Positions 1-20,576 of a stretch of 64,000 nucleotides of DNA are shown here, piece after piece. Below the pieces are notes generated by a model, which saw only the letters and a list, made by a program, of their open reading frames with translations, was not told the origin of the DNA and did not search any database. How positions within the stretch are numbered: the first letter of the stretch is position 1; every line of letters begins with the position of its first letter. The translations under genes were made by a program, and so were the position numbers. Source of the stretch: Eledone cirrhosa (taxonomy: Eukaryota); NCBI GenBank assembly GCA_964016885.1, contig OZ024755.1, forward strand, positions 11,718,001-11,782,000. Reading direction: 5' to 3'.

Positions 1-250
1 CCTTTGCTCACTATAAAAGCTTCACAGCACAGGCATTGCTTTATATCTGGAGATCTCTCTGCACTTGTCGTCACATGGTACCATGGGCCCAGCACTATGT
101 GTCAATAATTGTGACAAGTGTAGTGTTTGTACCAGAGTTTTCAAGTCGCTGGCTGGACTAAAAAGTCACACTCGTTCAGCGCATTGGTAGGGGTTCTCCT
201 ACATGGATATAAAGTAGTGGCCGTACTCGAAAACGAGTTGGCAGCCACCA
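1..250 (-). mobile_element. Partial copy (cut by the window edge) of a ~300-bp short interspersed element; second copy at 25311-25611
   Basis: Aligns almost base for base with 25366-25611. Both copies end at ...GTTGGCAGCCACCA next to a microsatellite. Strand is inferred from the A-rich end of the complete copy. Confidence 0.8.
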
Positions 251-1247
<997 letters not shown>

Positions 1248-1368
1248 TGAAGGCGTGTGCTGAGTGGTTAGAGAATTGGATTCACAATCTTGAGGTTGTG
1301 AGTTCGATTCCTGGACCGGGCGAATGCATTATTTCCTTGAGCAAGACACTTTATTTCACGTTGCTCCT
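1248..1368 (+). mobile_element. tRNA-derived SINE, 5' part (family B)
   Basis: A-box-like GCTGAGTGGTTAGAG and B box GAGTTCGATTCC, then CCTTGAGCAAGACACTTTATTTCACGTTGCTCC. Homologous to 48896-49235. Confidence 0.8.
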
Positions 1369-1478
1369 TCTACCTGGAGTTGCGACCGATAGATAGTACT
1401 AGCAACTGGAAAGACCAATGGAAACATTGTTTCCTCGGTCCAATTTGATGAAAGTCGATCGACTTAAAAAAAAAAAAA

Positions 1479-6900
<5,422 letters not shown>

Positions 6901-6919
6901 GTAATTTTGATAAAAATGT

Positions 6920-7200
6920 ATCTGTGTGTGTGTGTTTATATGTTCGTGTATTAAATGATGTCTATATGCGCATATGTGTGTGTGTCGGTGTGTGTGTGTC
7001 TGAGTGTGTGTATGTGAATGTGTGTGTGTGTGTGTGTGTGTATGTGAATGTGTGTGTGTGTGTGTGTGTCTTAGTGTGTTGTGTGTCTGAGTGTGCGTGT
7101 CGGTGTGAGAGTGTGTGTAGGTGTCTATGAGTGTGTGTGTCTGTGAGTGAGTGTGTGTATGTGTGTGTGTGAGTGTGTGAGTGTGTGTGTGTTGGTGTGT
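6920..7200. repeat. Degenerate (TG)n microsatellite
   Basis: Direct inspection. Confidence 0.9.
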
Positions 7201-7683
7201 AAATAAAAAGAAGTAGTGCTGTACCACAGAGCAATCGATAGAAACTGACTCAGTGTTGATTGTACGACAAGGGTTCTAAATGGAGTTATAGTAACAGTTA
7301 CACTTGTTATTGTTGTTATTTGATAGTAGCTCAACTCGACTGGGGGGAGATTTTCCCGAGGCTTTCCATTCTTGACCATCCCTTATGAAATGTTTAACTC
7401 ATAGTGTCACTAACTGTATATTATCTTTACTATTATCTAACTGTATATTATCTTTGTGGTAGTTTATGTCTTCTAACTTACTAGTTAGACAAATAATCGA
7501 TTGATACAACGATTACCAGACGTGGTGAAATATGTACTGGGATCGATGTGATTGATTAAATCCGTTTGATTAAATCCTACCATGTCTATTGTTTAATAAA
7601 TGTAAACAATAAAAGTATTAAAAATACTTGGTTTTGGGGTGTGTTTTGCAAGATTGTTTGGTGGAAATCGTGTGTTGAAACAT

Positions 7684-7760
7684 ATTGTTATACTCTGGGA
7701 GGGTCATTTCACCAATAAAAACACCCACGAACCCGTTGATAGTCACTTCAGTTTATTATT
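7684..7760 (-). mobile_element. 3'-terminal fragment of the same Penelope-like family
   Basis: ATTGTTATACTCTGGGAGGGTCAT matches the terminal motif at 3501 and 13001. Confidence 0.55.
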
Positions 7761-7772
7761 AGTTGAGTAACT

Positions 7773-7995
7773 TGAGGTCGGTGGATTGACAAAATCGGTA
7801 GAGCGTCGGACAACATGCTTTGTGGCATACTGTTACGGTCCTTTAGGTTCTGAGCTCAAATCCCGCCGAGGTTAGTTTTGTCTTTCATTCGTACGGGGTT
7901 GATAAAATAAAGTACCAGTCACGCACTGGGGTCGATTTAATTTACTTTTTCCTAACCCTCAAATTGTTGACCTTGTGCTTAAATCAGAAACAATG
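7773..7995 (+). mobile_element. tRNA-derived SINE with a Nin/Deu-like core (family A)
   Basis: B-box-like GAGCTCAAATCCC and core TTTCATTCGTACGGGGTTGATAAAATAAAGTACCAG. More than 15 related copies occur in the window. Confidence 0.8.
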
Positions 7996-9470
7996 TATTG
8001 ACCAGTCCGAACCTATCGTAGAATACTCTTACTGGAGTTGCTACACACCGGTACTTCATTAACGAACCAGAAATGTCGACGGACAAAACTGTTCAGAGTA
8101 GTATTTGAACTCAGAGTGCAGAGATCGGGGGCGGATAATTTCGGCGTCTTATCTATCTGTAATATTCTGTTTACTTTACTATAATAAGACTTTGGGTATT
8201 GAAAATCTCCATAATCAATATTGTGATAGTTAGAAGTTATTCTGCATTCTCCTTTTGTTTTAAGACCCAAAAGTGTGCTGAAAAGTGCTTCCCCCTCGAT
8301 ACGGGCTCAGACGGTGTGGGGAAGCCTCTCTATTTTTGTCACAGAGTGTGTTCAGATGGTATGCATTCAAATGGAAATAACCTCGTCGTGACCTCAGTTT
8401 TTTTAATTTTTGTTTTACTGACACGTACATAGTAAAACATGAACGAAAGGGAATGTTACAAGTTTTACTGAAGGAAGGTGTGATATAATATGGAGATGGA
8501 TAGAGAGAGATAGAGTGGGGAGTATAGACGGCTTTATTGTTTATTCAAGGTAAGGAATGGGCAATATGTCCCTTCCTCCTTGCCTAAACTGTAAAACATG
8601 GTATTTAAATACCTATACCAGACTCCTTTTTCTGGCAAGGATTCGGGAGAGTTCTACAGATTGAAGACATGAACTTCGATCCCTACATCTCACCAGACTC
8701 AGGGGAGCTGAAAGAGGTGTTGTGCACTGCCCTTCTATATTTCGAGTGAGAGTAAAAATATGGCCCTTGGGTTCATTTAGAGGAATGCACATAGTTGCAA
8801 GCATTCGGACCATTGAGTCGATTTCCTCATATTTTGGAGTTAGGAGGCCCTGAAAATGGGTCATAGACTCTACTCTTCTTTCCTTCACAGAAAAACATGC
8901 ACATTGGGTGCCTTTATCGGTGTCAACGCTATTCCAAACACGTGAGTCGGGTCTATGGTTTATGGACACTTTCATCCCTCACTCCCTCATAGTGTCTATG
9001 AAAATATTCATGGACACTACTCGCCCGCCACCGACTAAATAGTAACAAAACAAACCAAAACAACCATCAGTTTTAATTAGAGTTAGACACGTAACTTTAA
9101 ACCACAGTTTTTTGTTGGTGTTTTTTTTTTTAACAGAATATGAAGACAAGAGATTCAGGTGGTGCCAACCGTTCAAAGCAGTTTTTATGAAGCAGCATTA
9201 TTGAATTAAAGTTATTCTCTTAGTGAAGACGTAATACGATTGATGGAAATGTTTCAAGTAATTCTGAAACAAGTACGTTACACAGGAATCGATTTGAATG
9301 GCTGTAGCTTGGAATCCTGGAAATAGTCAGTAAATATTTTCAGCAGGCTTTGAAGGAACACACCTTACCAAATATGTTATTACGACTGCAACAATCTTAA
9401 ATCAATTTAAATTTCTACGAGAACATATAGTGATTTAATGATTGTGTAAACTGTTTTTGTGAGCGTATAT

Positions 9471-9503
<33 letters not shown>

Positions 9504-9567
9504 AATATATATATATATAAATATAAATATATATATATATAAATATAAATATATATATATAAATATA

Positions 9568-9599
<32 letters not shown>

Positions 9600-9626
9600 A
9601 ATATATATATATAAATATAAATATAT

Positions 9627-9685
<59 letters not shown>

Positions 9686-9686
9686 A

Positions 9687-9717
<31 letters not shown>

Positions 9718-9760
9718 AATATATATATATAAATATATATATAAATATATATATAAATAT

Positions 9761-9871
<111 letters not shown>

Positions 9872-9888
9872 AATATATATATAAATAT

Positions 9889-9933
<45 letters not shown>

Positions 9934-9960
9934 TATATATATATAAATATATATATAAAT

Positions 9961-10037
<77 letters not shown>

Positions 10038-10038
10038 A

Positions 10039-10097
<59 letters not shown>

Positions 10098-10147
10098 AAT
10101 ATATATATAAATATATATATAAATATATATATAAATATATATATATA

Positions 10148-10321
10148 CGTTATTCCGGGTTGAATCGGAGGTAACCACAGTAAGTAAGGTACTCAATACA
10201 TAGCAGAGTATAATAGTTTTAATATAGATGAGATTCTACAGGACTAGAACTGTTTCATTCATTAGAAATCATTTCCTGATGATTTCTAATGAATGAAACA
10301 GTTCTAGTCCTGTAGAATCTC

Positions 10322-10323
<2 letters not shown>
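10148..10323. mobile_element. PLE-like non-autonomous insert with a 45-bp fold-back end
   Basis: Perfect inverted arms at 10228-10272 and 10279-10323 with a 6-nt loop; GTACTCAATAC motif at ~10190; (TA)n on both sides. Confidence 0.65.
10273..10317 (+). ncRNA. Type I hammerhead ribozyme motif
   Basis: ttc CTGATGA t-ttc-taat-gaa-t GAAA cag-ttctagtc-ctg TA gaa. Intact core and three short stems; folded by eye. Confidence 0.6.
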
Positions 10324-10358
<35 letters not shown>

Positions 10359-10371
10359 AATATATATATAA

Positions 10372-10404
<33 letters not shown>

Positions 10405-10759
10405 AATATATATATAAATATATATATAAATATATATATAAACATATATATATATATATATATATATAAATATAAATATATATATAAACATATATATAAA
10501 CATATATATATAAACATATATATATAAATATATATATATAAACATATATATATATATATATATAAATATATATATAAATATATATATAAATATATAAACA
10601 TATATATATAAATATATATATATAAACATATATATATATATATATATAAATATATATATAAATATATATATAAATATATATATAAATATATATATAAATA
10701 TATATATATATAAATATAAATATATATATATATAAATATATATATATATAAATATAAAT

Positions 10760-10858
<99 letters not shown>

Positions 10859-10907
10859 AATATATATATATAAATATATATATATATAAATATATATATA
10901 TATAAAT

Positions 10908-10938
<31 letters not shown>

Positions 10939-10939
10939 A

Positions 10940-10972
<33 letters not shown>

Positions 10973-10975
10973 AAT

Positions 10976-11020
<45 letters not shown>

Positions 11021-11103
11021 TATATATAAATATATATATATATAAAAATATATATATAAATATATATATATAAAAATATATATATAAATATATATATATA
11101 AAA

Positions 11104-11134
<31 letters not shown>

Positions 11135-11305
11135 AATATATATATATAAATATAAATATATAAATATATATATATAAATATATATATATAAATATATAAA
11201 TATATATATATATATATAAATATATATATATAAATATATAAATATATATATATATATATATAAATATATATATATAAATATATATATAAATATATATATA
11301 TATAA

Positions 11306-11358
<53 letters not shown>

Positions 11359-11398
11359 TTATTATTACTATATAAATATATATATGTATATATATATA

Positions 11399-11602
11399 AA
11401 CGTTCGAATTTGTAAAGCCAAACAATGCAGGTATGGACATAGAATTTTAAAAAATACGAATTCAAAAGATATTGTTGACAATTAGTCTTTTAGCTTAAAT
11501 GTCCTTAATTTTCGAGATAATATCTCTTCTTCGGAGGGAAGTAAAGCGGCTAAACCAGTGTTCTAAATAGCTTGCCACGTCATGCTGACATTGTTTGGCT
11601 TT

Positions 11603-11608
<6 letters not shown>
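11399..11608 (-). mobile_element. PLE-like island with a 20-bp inverted repeat and a degenerate hammerhead
   Basis: ATTTGTAAAGCCAAACAATG (11408-11427) is inverted at 11589-11608. Minus strand 11539-11502 reads CCGAAGA a gagat-att-atctc GAAA at TA agga. Confidence 0.5.
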
Positions 11609-11671
<63 letters not shown>

Positions 11672-11760
11672 AATATATGAAAGACGTAAAATAAGAAAAT
11701 TATAAAAATTAACTTACTAAAATTTCACTCTAACTAATTAGTTTCTGAAAGGAATAAACA

Positions 11761-11791
<31 letters not shown>

Positions 11792-11798
11792 AATATAT

Positions 11799-11935
11799 AA
11801 CGGAGGAAATGTGGTGAGGAACCAGGTGGACCATAACGCACCAAAGTACTCAATACTTAGGGTAGTAGAGTGGGTAATAGGAACGAGTAGGACCCCGACG
11901 GCTGAGCTCAATCCGTTCGACGGCTAATTCTGAAC
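11799..11935 (-). mobile_element. (TA)n-inserted short element; homolog at 55446-55608
   Basis: Near-identical in reverse complement to 55501-55608; carries GTACTCAATAC. Confidence 0.75.
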
Positions 11936-12274
11936 TAAATGAAAATGTTTATCCTGGTATTTGAATAGCCGAGCTTCTCAAGGGGTAATTCGATATATGG
12001 TAAAAGTAATTGTCACAAGGATTGGTCAAAAGTTTGTTGTTGAGACATAATAATTCTATCATGGCAATTTGTGGAGGGAAGGGGTAGATGAACCTGCCAG
12101 TAGGCGAATGAGGGAGAGGGGGTGGAGGAGACCCAGTCATGCGTTGATAGTGCCGACTACAGCTGGGCATGAGGTCAAAGAGGATACTAGGGAGCGGGAG
12201 GAAGTCGAAACAATAAGTAAAACAATATGGGGTAAATATATAGAGAAATACCGAGAGTGTTAAAAAGCAATTAA

Positions 12275-12592
12275 ATGTATAGCATAAGATGTACTGAAGG
12301 ACAATGTAGAAACAAAAATATAGTGTACATAGGTGAGACAGCTCGTAGTATAGGGGAACGAATAAATGAACACTGGCGAGACCTCCAAGACAATAAAGAA
12401 TCATCTGTGCTCTACCAACATGCTAAGATAGAACACAGGGGTAGATTAGAGAGCATAGAAATAAAAATAGAATCCACACACAGAAAAGACGCAATGTTTA
12501 GGCAAATTACTGAGCCAGTAAGCATAAAAGAATTAAAACCAAAATTAAATAGAAAATATGACTGGAACAGCAACATCACAACTTACAATTAA
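12275..12592 (+). pseudogene. GIY-YIG endonuclease domain fragment of a Penelope-like element
   Basis: YSIRC...C...VYIGETARSIGERINEH...S.LYQH...H...RQITE..SI...PKLN, the typical PLE C-terminal endonuclease pattern. No RT upstream. Confidence 0.85.
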
Positions 12593-12823
12593 GGACAAAA
12601 TGAAAACACACACAGGACAAAATGAAAACACACACACACACATAGAAAAAACAACCAACCAACAATAAATAAATAAATAAATAAAATAGATAAATGAACA
12701 CAAACACACACAGACACCCGGATGTGGCGCATGCGCAAACTGAGCACACAACACACACACACAGAAACAAAATGGCGTAGGATAGAAGAAAGGAAAGGCA
12801 CAGAAACAAAGAAAGGAATCCCC

Positions 12824-12868
12824 AGTCACTGAAGAGGCCACAGAGTGTGTGACGAAAGGACTATGACT
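12824..12868 (+). ncRNA. Minimal type I hammerhead ribozyme in the PLE pseudo-LTR
   Basis: agtca CTGAAGA g...c GAAA ggac TA tgact. Stem I agtca/tgact is perfect; stem II is imperfect. Confidence 0.7.
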
Positions 12869-13075
12869 ATATATAAACAACTATCTGGTTGTGGAACCAA
12901 CCAACCAACCAGAAATTTATAAGTTTGTAGATTTGTAAATTTATAAATATATAATAAATTGAAGTGAAAGCAACTGGTGCGTGTGTTTCTTATTGGCAAC
13001 ATGACCCTCCCAAAGTATAACAATATATATATATATATATAAATATATATATACATATATACACACTCACGTGTG

Positions 13076-13132
<57 letters not shown>

Positions 13133-13242
13133 GTGTTTATGTGTATGCGTGTGTGTGTGTATCTTTATCAGTGTGAGTGTACACAGACTGTAAACAACGG
13201 AATGCTTAAGGAAGGTGTGATAAGATTGAAATTTTACGAGTG

Positions 13243-13451
13243 TGTTGCTTTTTGGTTTCTGATTTAGACACACGGCCAATGATTTTGGGTGGGCGAGAAA
13301 GTGCATTACTGCTGCCTTATATTATCGACCCCTTAAGGATGTAAGCAAAGCTAACCTCTGCGGGATTTGAACTCAGAACGTAAAGGGTCATAACTATGCC
13401 TCAAAGCATGTTGTCTAACACCTCTACCAAAACTTCCAATCCGCCGCCCTC
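13243..13451 (-). mobile_element. SINE family A copy
   Basis: TTATCGACCCCTTAAGGATG...GGGATTTGAACTCAG...AATCCGCCGCCCTC. Confidence 0.75.
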
Positions 13452-14264
13452 GTACGATGCCAAACCACTTTGTTCGTACACGTATAATGCATTGATATGT
13501 TTTTAAGCATACCTCTTTGTTGCTTTATACACTATGCCCAAATGCATATAAACGTGAGTTCCACAACCACACATAGATACACAAATACTATTAAACATAT
13601 ACATATATACATACAACAGGTAATATAAATCTATGATTGCTAATATGTTGTTTCTTTTCATCAGAATACCATATAAATGTTAATTTCAGTTTCATAAATT
13701 TCTGAAGTTAATTTTTAATCAATATATCCCCAAAATTAATCCATGTGAATTCGTATTTAAATAAGATTTATGGTAGTGTATTTGGGAGTAAAATAGCTGC
13801 AAGGCAAATCCTTCTTTGCTGTTGGCAATATATGGTATCGTTTGGTAGATTTAAAATTGGAGAATCATTTAAACACAATGTATATATCAAGTTTTACTGA
13901 ACGCGTAATGTTTAGCTGGTTCTGTTTGAGATACACCGTGTTGTCCCAAGACATATATATTTAACTATGTATGTATGTTCCTCTGGTTTTATAATTTCAC
14001 AAATTTTTACCAATAGAGAGAGAGAGTCGGTTTCTAACATAGATACAAGACTCATTTAAATTTACACAAAATCAACTTGGTAGAGAATACGTTAATGTCA
14101 TTCATTAAAACTAATCTTCATAATTAACAAACACGCAAAACATCAACTCTACATAAAATTGGCTCACGAACCACACCTGAGATTCTGTGTACGTGCCCTG
14201 TATTGAGGTAATGGTGTCATCACATACATACATACATACATACATACATACATACATACATACA

Positions 14265-15120
14265 ATTTACAGAGAAAGTTGTGCATGGATACTTGAGGCG
14301 TAAAACACAGACCATAGAGGGGATAAACCACTCAAAAAGCCTGGCATGGAGTTCCGACAAGTTTATGACATCACACCTTGAGGGATATCTCTATGCAATA
14401 CAGGAACAAGAACTCCCTACCAAATATCTGCTGCACAAAAGAGGAGGGCCAGCAGCTGACAATAAATGTAGGCTATGTAAAACAAAGATCGAGGATGTAA
14501 GCCACATTGTTGCCAGCTGCGAAAGAATGTCATCTCGCTACTACCTCCCCATGAGACACGATGGGATAGCTAGAACTATCTGGAACGCACTTCGGAAAAC
14601 AAAATTAACAACAAACGAGGAAGAATATATTGAGACAGATGGCACTAAGGAATACTGGTGGAACCTGAAAATAAAAACTGCCACCAAATTAAAACACAAC
14701 CGGCCTGATATTGTAGTTTGGGACCACACATTGAAAACGTGTTCTGTTGTGGAGATCAGCTGCCCACTTGATGTAAACGTTGTCAGAAAAATACAGGAGA
14801 AGGAGGACATCTACGGACCATTGATGAGGAGCTTACAAATCCAGTATCCAAGATACACCTTTAACTTCATACCCATCATTATTGGTGCTACGGGTTATAT
14901 ACCAACCCGCTTGGACTAAAGTATGACCGAACTTGGATTTGCGGACAAAAAGCGCAGCTCCCTAATTCATAGTCTACAAATGGCTGCGATAGCTGGCACC
15001 TTCAAAATATGCAAAACATTCTTGCGTTTCAAGGGATGACAATTTCTTTTCTTTTACAACCTTGCCACCAGGAAGGTGGCCGGTCAAAAAAATATACTCG
15101 AAATTAAGAGAAAGAGAAAA
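14265..15120 (+). mobile_element. 5'-truncated R4/Dong-clade non-LTR retrotransposon (restriction-like endonuclease) inserted in (CATA)n
   Basis: Protein motifs listed in the next feature; purine-rich 3' end; (CATA)~10 at 14223-14264 and (CATA)~9 at 15121-15157. Confidence 0.85.
14266..15039 (+). pseudogene. R4/Dong C-terminus: CCHC zinc knuckle plus PD-(D/E)xK endonuclease, with one premature stop at 14917-14919
   Basis: HGY..., AIQEQEL, CRLC..E..SHIVASC, RHD, RPDIVVWD..VVEISCP, PIIIGATG. The frame continues past TAA as SMTELGF...GTFKICKTFLRFKG*. Confidence 0.88.
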
Positions 15121-15269
15121 CATACATACATACATACATACATACATACATACATACACACATTATGTAAATTTAGTAATTGGTGACGTAAACGTTGCGA
15201 CTCGAAGACGGAACCACAACATAATTTGGTAAGACGTCGAAGTTTCTAACGGTAATTTAGCCGTATGTG

Positions 15270-15335
<66 letters not shown>

Positions 15336-15520
15336 AACATCTAACTTTGTAACACCCAGATATGAATTTCGATGTTAAAATCGTAATCATATCTATTCAG
15401 GGTTCCTAATTAAACCCTTCATTTTCTTGTGAGCCTCTGAGGAGCCCAACTTAGGCCTAACATGTGTAAGAGCTTATAAATATATTTTAACGGCTTGCTT
15501 CTCTTTCATCTATTTCTTCG

Positions 15521-15577
<57 letters not shown>

Positions 15578-15985
15578 TAATATATATATATGACATCTAC
15601 AGCTTGATATTTTCCGTCTCCCCCATACTGGTAATTACTGCGGGATGGTGGTTTGTTTGCAGAATATAAGAATCAGGAAATATGATGGATGATGTCTTAG
15701 ATCTACTATTTATTCAGTTTATAGTTGGCTTTCATGTATTGTAAACTAGTTGCGGCATTCGATTGTCCTATTTTCGTGGATAATTTCGTGGTTGTTCTAG
15801 ATGTATCTACGTTCAGATCTGTGAAGTTACGGTCCTATTTCCATATATATATATATAAACAGCGAGTGTGCTTGAAATTATTAGAAATGTAAACTATCGC
15901 CGTATTTTGACTAAAGAAATTAAAGAAATTATTTAGCCTGATAGTGGGGTTAAGAACCCTCGGAGAAATGGAAAAAGATGAGTAT

Positions 15986-16057
15986 TGACGTACATGGGAG
16001 TCGAACCCACATCTTTGGTTATCCGGACGAATGTGCTACCATTTACACCAACACATC
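15986..16057 (-). ncRNA. tRNA-like cloverleaf (pseudo-tRNA or SINE-like head), left arm
   Basis: GATGTGT/GTACGTC acceptor stem, GTGT/GCAC D stem, TTCGT-CCGGATA-ACCAA anticodon arm, GTGGG-TTCGACT-CCCAT T arm, T5 run downstream. Confidence 0.6.
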
Positions 16058-16254
16058 ACCCGTCTCTTTTCCTTTCCATTCAAATTAAAAGCTATAAACT
16101 TAGCGACTGTAATGTCAAGTAAGAATATTTTCGAAACAGCGAGTGGGATTGAAATAATTTCAAACCCACTCGCTGTTTCGAAAATATTCTTACTTGACAT
16201 TACAGTCGCTAAGTTTATAGCTTTTAATTTGAATGGAAAGGAAAAGAGACGGGT

Positions 16255-16325
16255 GATGTGTCGGTGTAAATGGTACACAGTGGACCGGATAACCAAAGAT
16301 GTGGGTTCGACTCCCATATAAGTCA
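16255..16325 (+). ncRNA. tRNA-like cloverleaf, right arm
   Basis: Mirror copy with B box GGTTCGACTCC and a downstream TTTTT; weaker acceptor and anticodon stems. Confidence 0.5.
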
Positions 16326-16421
16326 ATACTCATCTTTTTCCATTCCTCCGAGGGTTCTTAACCCCACTATCAGGCTAAATAATTTCTTTAATTTCTTTAG
16401 TCAAAATACGGCGATAGCTTA

Positions 16422-16829
<408 letters not shown>

Positions 16830-17289
16830 AATATTTGCTAATTAGAGACTTTCTGAAAAACACTCCTCAGCAACTTAAAAGCACAGAGGACACAATTCTA
16901 CGCCCAGTTAATGACGTCACATAACACATAAGCAATAACAACAAGCACCACTTTAAAAAAAAAAAAAATTCATCGAAAGTCTACTAAGAAATGTTAATAA
17001 AACCTTCAACCACACACCCGCCATAGTCACACACATAGTTATAAAAGTATAATAGGACAACCTGCCTAGCTCATGCAAGAGTAGAAAATGATGTTAAATG
17101 ATGGTGAAAATAATGTCATTATTGTAAATAAGTGAAAACCATGTATGAAGAGGTATGACAGAATATATATTCTATTTTTATGAAGGTTTACATGGGAATT
17201 TTCTGGTAGAAACTGGGTAAGAGGTAACATGTTATTAAATATCCATTTCGGTTATGACTGACCATAGGTTTAAACATGTAAAGTGCCTC

Positions 17290-17545
17290 TCCAAGGTGCA
17301 ATCTTCAACAAGGATGTTCCTTGGAAGACCAGCAGTCCCCAGTACAAGCCAGTCTCCCCTCCTTGCCCAAGGGGAAAACAATGACAGGATACAGTTTAGC
17401 ACAAATGGGACTGTAATTATTACTATTTTCTTTCAACAACCTGAAATAACGTAACTTACTCAAGGCCTCAATATATTGCTGGGTCTCTTATTCACGACCT
17501 TACCATTACAAGCGCAACACCTTAACCACAAACCAGCAACCCTTC
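17290..17545 (-). mobile_element. Diverged SINE family B copy
   Basis: GGAAGACCAGCAGTCCCCAGTACAAGCCAGTCTCCCCT matches the reverse complement of the body at ~49110-49150. Confidence 0.55.
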
Positions 17546-18071
17546 AATTACATACTATAAAGAATGAGTATTACAGTGTATATGGTTTGGAAATATAATA
17601 GTGTGTATAGAAGCTTTAAAATCTTGTAAATAATATCGTGTGTGGGAGTTTTAAAGTGTTTAAGATATAATAGCGTGAGCGGTAAATGTAAAGACTACTT
17701 CTGTCTTTAATTCTTTGCAGGCAGAATCTATTTATTGAAAACAATCTAAACTGTTTAGTAAAATAAATAGTATTCTTTACACAATAATAACTTTAATTCT
17801 ATTGCCATTGATATAAATAATATAGAGTTGTTCAAAATAGAGAAAAACAGATGATGCGTGCGGCTGCATGTGTGTTATATGTGTGTATATGTATGTGTAT
17901 ATATATATGTGTATATTACAAAGAACAAATGTATTTCAACAAAAGAAAAAAAATACGAAATACATAAACGGCGAGTGAGAGAAAAATAGAGAGTAAGACT
18001 GTGATGGTCTGTAAGAGAGGCGTGTGATGAATTATTTTTATTATACATCCCTTAAATTCATACACACACGC

Positions 18072-18097
18072 ATATATATATATATATATATATTTAT

Positions 18098-18133
<36 letters not shown>

Positions 18134-18147
18134 ATATATTTATTAAT

Positions 18148-18183
<36 letters not shown>

Positions 18184-18252
18184 TATAATATATATATATT
18201 ATTATATATATATATATATTATTATATATACATATATATATTATATATATTA

Positions 18253-18296
<44 letters not shown>

Positions 18297-18327
18297 ATAA
18301 ATATATATATTATTATATATATATATT

Positions 18328-18365
<38 letters not shown>

Positions 18366-18425
18366 TATAATATATATATATTATTATATATATATATATA
18401 TTATTATATATACATATATATATTA

Positions 18426-18463
<38 letters not shown>

Positions 18464-18668
18464 ATAAATATATATATTATTATATATATATATTTATTAT
18501 ATATATATATATTTATTATTATATATATATATATTTATTATATATATATATATATATATTTATTATTATATATATATATATATATATATTTATTATATAT
18601 ATATATATATATATATATTTATTATATATATATATATATATTTATTATAATATATATATATTTATTAT

Positions 18669-18699
<31 letters not shown>

Positions 18700-18918
18700 T
18701 ATATATATATATATTTATTATTATATATATATATATATATATATATTTATTATATATATATATATATATTTATTATATATATATATATATTTATTATATA
18801 TATATATATATTTATTATTATATATATATATATATTTATTATTATATATATATATATATTTATTATTATATATATATATATATATTTATTATTATATATA
18901 TATATATATATTTATTAT

Positions 18919-18950
<32 letters not shown>

Positions 18951-18992
18951 ATATATATATATTTATTATTATATATATATATATATATTTAT

Positions 18993-19024
<32 letters not shown>

Positions 19025-19063
19025 ATATATATATTTATTATATATATATATATATATATTTAT

Positions 19064-19095
<32 letters not shown>

Positions 19096-19140
19096 ATATA
19101 TATATATTTATTATTATATATATATATATATATTTATTAT

Positions 19141-19174
<34 letters not shown>

Positions 19175-19239
19175 ATATATATATTTATTATATATATATA
19201 TATATATATTTATTATTATATATATATATATATATTTAT

Positions 19240-19271
<32 letters not shown>

Positions 19272-19354
19272 ATATATATATTTATTATATATATATATAT
19301 ATATTTATTATATATATATATATATATATTTATTATATATATATATATATTTAT

Positions 19355-19407
<53 letters not shown>

Positions 19408-19939
19408 ATATATATATTTATTATATATATATATATATATATTTATTATATATATATATATATATATATTTATTATATATATATATATATATATATTTAT
19501 TATATATATATATATATTTATTATATATATATATATATATTTATTATATATATATATATATATATATTTATTATATATATATATATTTATTATATATATA
19601 TATATATATTTATTATATATATATATATATATTTATTATATATATATATATATATTTATTATATATATATATTTATTATATATATATATATATATTTATT
19701 ATATATATATATTTATTATATATATATATATATATTTATTATATATATATATATATATTTATTTATTATATATATATATATATATTTATTATATATATAT
19801 ATATATATTTATTATATATATATATATATATTTATTATATATATATATATATATTTATTATATATATATATATATATTTATTATATATATATATATATAT
19901 TTATTATATATATATTTATTATATATATATATATATATT

Positions 19940-19983
<44 letters not shown>

Positions 19984-20152
19984 TATATATATATATATAT
20001 ATATTTATTATATATATATATATATATATTTATTATATATATATATATTTATTATATATATATATATATATATTTATTATATATATATATATATATATTT
20101 ATTATATATATATATATATATATTTATTATATATATATATATATATATTTAT

Positions 20153-20187
<35 letters not shown>

Positions 20188-20226
20188 ATATATATATTGA
20201 TTATATATATATATATATATATTTAT

Positions 20227-20257
<31 letters not shown>

Positions 20258-20494
20258 TATATATATATATATATATATATTTATTATATATATATATATA
20301 TATATATTTATTATATATATATATATATATATATTTATTATATATATATATATATATATTTATTATATATATATATATTTATTATATATATATATATATA
20401 TTATATATATTTATTATATATATATATATATATTATATATATTTATTATATATATATATATATTTATTATATATATATATATTTATTATATATA

Positions 20495-20526
<32 letters not shown>

Positions 20527-20545
20527 TTATTATATATATATTTAT

Positions 20546-20576
<31 letters not shown>

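Larger units (their letters stand above)
12230..13023 (+). mobile_element. Penelope-like retroelement 3' end (GIY-YIG endonuclease plus pseudo-LTR), 5'-truncated
   Basis: GIY-YIG ORF, then a hammerhead at 12824, then a terminus abutting (TA)n. Confidence 0.85.

Noticed and set aside
1440-1478. TTGATGA-aagtc-gatc-gactt-AAAA hammerhead-like motif
   Set aside because: Two core deviations and no stem I or III; it runs into poly(A).
8530-8990. GC-richer segment with a 120-aa minus-strand ORF (DTDKGTQC, faintly integrase-like)
   Set aside because: A single weak motif with no other catalytic residues; it cannot be classified without a search.
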